DNA from: Ancylonema sp.
Taxonomy: Eukaryota
Length of the DNA: 56,811 nucleotides
Direction of reading: 5' to 3'
NCBI GenBank assembly: GCA_050230475.1
Contig: JBFLGF010000011.1
Span: 62,001 to 118,811 of the forward strand
The stretch's first letter is position 1. Each line of letters begins with the position of its first letter. The position numbers and the translations under genes were made by a program. Positions 53,715-56,811 of the stretch are shown here, piece after piece. Below the pieces are notes generated by a model. It was not told the origin of the DNA and searched no databases. It saw only the letters and a program-made list of their open reading frames with translations.

Positions 53715-54058
53715 GTGCTTCACTAGTATCACAAGTACTCAGAATCACAAGTACTAGTGTACTAGTAATCACCGGCCTATCCTTGAGTGACGACTCATCT
53801 ATGTGTCAACGGCACATGCCGGACACTCCTGACATGACTAGAGATCTAACCAATCAAGACACGTCAAGCATTCCAACCACTAATAACGACTCTAAGTGTC
53901 GACATCAAGCGTGACAACAGATCAGGTGCCCGGACATAATCGTGCCCGGCCCCGCATACAAGCACATCTAGGAATAGCACCCGGTTAGAGTAAGTGGTCA
54001 CAACCGGACTAGCAAGCATAAGGCATGGCTATCCGAATATTCCTACACACCCCCTCGG
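53715..54058 (-). mobile_element. Putative PPT and 3' LTR of the right-hand Copia element
   Basis: Minus strand GAGGGGGTG is followed by TGTAGGAATATTC (LTR start at 54047). The distal boundary is a guess. Confidence 0.5.
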
Positions 54059-54522
54059 ATGCCATGCTAAAGTTGGCATAGATGTGGACATCATCCACCA
54101 AAGGACTACCCTAGTGACGGATAAATCATGGCGGAACCATTGCATAGCCTATAAAGTAGTGTGGTCTTCCCTAGCATACAAGCGTGCTAGGGGGGCCTAT
54201 TTAAAAACTCAGCCGATCGGCGGAAGTCTTGAGGCCGATCGCTCCCGCACCTTAGTCGTTTTTCGGGCCGAAGCCCTAAACAAACAAACAAATACCACAA
54301 GTTAGGCGGAAAAACAAAAACTTAAGAAAAAATATTTTTGACTTTTTCACTTTTTCAACTTTTCACTTTTACACTTCACAGTCTGGAAATTTGAAAATAT
54401 TATAACTTCAATACTTCTGCATGTACTTCTGCATGAAAGAAACACAAAACACACCCCCTGCCAACATGCATGGCATTCGAAACCTCCCAGAATAAAATAA
54501 AGAAAAGACTGACACCCATAGT

Positions 54523-56811
54523 TCAGTACAACCGTCCAAAACCTAGACATTTGCTGTGTCTGTCCAGTAAAACCTGTGGGAGAGCCTTGGTTAGCATATC
54601 TGCTGGTTGATTTCCCCCTGCAAGGTACACATACCTCAGTCCCCCAGTGGTGTGGCATTCCCGTACCCAGTGGTACACGACGTTAAAATGTTTTGCTTTC
54701 TGTCTTTGCACGGGGTTCTGGATCATGGAGAGGGCTGTTGTCGAATCAGTGTGGATAGTGATTTGGTTGGGAAACTTGAGTTCTTTCAAGAGAGACTTTA
54801 GATAACAGCATTCCTTAGATACACTACAGGCAGCGATGTATTCAGCCTCAGCTGTGCTCTGTGCAACGGTGGACTTTTTATGTGACTTCCAACTCAGTGT
54901 TGTCCCCCCAACCGTGGTAACCCATCCAGTTACTGACTTTCCTGTCATGCTGCAGCTGTTCCAAGATGCATCGCAGTAACCCTTGACTTCAAAGCTGTCT
55001 TTTCCCACAAACGTGAGTCCGTGGTTGACAGTCCCTTTCAAGTATCTGAATAGCTGATGCAAAGCCCTTATGTGTGCGATAGGATTACTCATGTGTTTAG
55101 CCAGTACCCCTAGTGCATATGCGATGTCCAGTCTGGTTTGTTTCATGGCGTAAATGAGAGACCCCCTTTTCCTCGAAAGTCTGTTATTTCTTCAGGTGTA
55201 GGGGGAAGGTTTGGTTCATCATCTTGCGTAAATTGTGTGCCAGGGGCGAGTGGGAGTTTTGTTGGATTACACTCGTGCATTCCGTACCGTTCAAGCCATC
55301 CCCCTCAAGAAGCCCGGTTGTCCCAATGTGAGCAGTCTTCGTGGTCTGTCTCTTTTCACTTCCACCCCCAGGATATGGGTTAGGGGACCCAGTTGAACTT
55401 TTTACTCATGTCCCCCTTAAATGTTTATGTTTTCACCAACATGGCGTTAGGACCTGTTATGACCTGATCATCAACATGAATGCCCAGTATGATTCCGCTG
55501 TTTCCCTCCCCCCTCATGTAGATGCAAGTATCCATGACACACCGTTCAAACCCTTCAGCTAGCATGATTTTCCTGGCTACTCTGTTTCAGTCCGTACAAA
55601 GCACCCTTTAGTCGTAAGACCTTGCCCTTAGCACCCCCTTTAATATACATACGCGGTGGTATTTTCAGATATACTTCTTCTTCTAGACGTCCATGCAGGA
55701 ACGCTGTGATTACGTCCATCTATTCCAGTTCCCTGTCAACTTGGTTTGCTATAGCGAGGAGTAAGGTGATCGATGTACTGTCAATAACTGGTGCAAATAC
55801 TTCATTATAGTCAATCCCTTCTTGCTGTAAGAATCCCTGTGCGACCAGTTATATATTTCAATATCCCCCTTTGAACGTCTCCAAGGTTGCAAGCTCTTCA
55901 ATGATGGCTCTGTTCCACTAGTCCCAGTCTGGCCTCCTCATGGCATGGTTGAGGGTGAGCGGCTCGGAGGAGTTGTTGGACCATGCGATGCAGGCATAGC
56001 CAGGATCCACAGGACCGTTGAAGCCAGTGAAGAAATAGCTCGGCTCCCACTCAGTCGCTGAGTAGTTGGCGTGTGCCTCGTCGTCGAACTCCTCCCCATC
56101 GCATCACAAAATGTCCCCATACCGCACAAAGTTGGCCCTCCGCCTGGCCATCACCCGCTCAGCTATGCTGCCTGGCTCCCCCACTCCTGGGTTTGCACCC
56201 CCTCCTTGCACCTCCTCCTCCCCTCCATCTCCACCTCTTGCATTGTTGATCCCCGACACGCTGTCAGACAGCTCAATCGCATCGATGGGGACCTCAGCAG
56301 CTTGTGGCTGGAAGTGTACGTGCGCGGGGTTGTTGGCAGCTGCTGGCGCTGGGGCTGCTGGAACTGCTGGTACCGGCATTGCTGGCAGGACTGCTGGCAT
56401 GATTGAGGGAATTGCTGCTGCTGGCACAACTGCTGCTGGGGCTCATCGTCGGTGTCGTGGAACATATAGAAGAAGTGCTTCTCTGCGTTGGCCTCAACCT
56501 GGGGAGCTCTCCCCCCCATCAATTTCGGGTACCCCGGCACCTTCTCAAAGAACCGCACGTCCGTGCGCGCTATCACCCCCGCCCTATGAGGGTCGAACAC
56601 GTTGTAGCCTGCACTCCCCGCAGCCATCCCTAAAAACACACCAAAGAAATTGCGAGGGGCAAACTTGTCTCCTTACCTGTTCTTTTCCGCCCCCACTCTC
56701 AAATATTGCACCAGACACCCAAAGTTATGACTTTTGTTCATTTTCACATTTTTTCCTTCCCAGACTTCAATGGGTATTTTGCCAGCGAGCGACTTAGTTG
56801 GTGTTATGTTC
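54523..56811 (-). mobile_element. Decayed Ty1/Copia pol (integrase C-terminal region, RT, RNase H), running off the window edge
   Basis: FLG...GYNVFDP...DVRFFE; LVAQGFLQQEGIDYNEVFAPV; MDVITAFLHG.LEEEVY; ALYGLKQ; IHVDD; TRLDIAYA; GYCDASW; STAEAEY; IHTDS; ADMLTKAL. Order is IN-RT-RH, with stops and deletions. Confidence 0.95.

Noticed and set aside
56066..56797. 243 aa + strand ORF
   Set aside because: Antisense to the Copia pol linker, low complexity, no domain signal.

Overview
Eukaryotic, intron-containing, transposon-rich DNA from a green plant. A streptophyte alga or early land plant is my inference, from the plant-type Psb27-H2, BIO2, FRIGIDA-like and NYN genes. Host genes: a FRIGIDA-domain gene (-, 5277-10231), meiotic MSH5 (-, 19338-25377, C-terminal ATPase exons not found in the window), biotin synthase BIO2 (-) head-to-head with Psb27-H2/LPA19 (+), exosome subunit RRP4 (+), and a lesioned NYN/MARF1-like ribonuclease gene (-). 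Between them lie two decayed Copia elements (one at each window end), a probable decayed Mutator transposase, two CRE-like (RLE-type) non-LTR fragments, several Tc1/mariner- and hAT-type MITEs, and long (TA)n tracts. The standout is a decayed retroelement polyprotein (~15.8-19.15 kb, +) in which a retropepsin is fused in frame to a recognisable DNMT3-type cytosine methyltransferase domain. It abuts the point where MSH5 breaks off. All family calls come from manual translation and motif recall; no searches were run.
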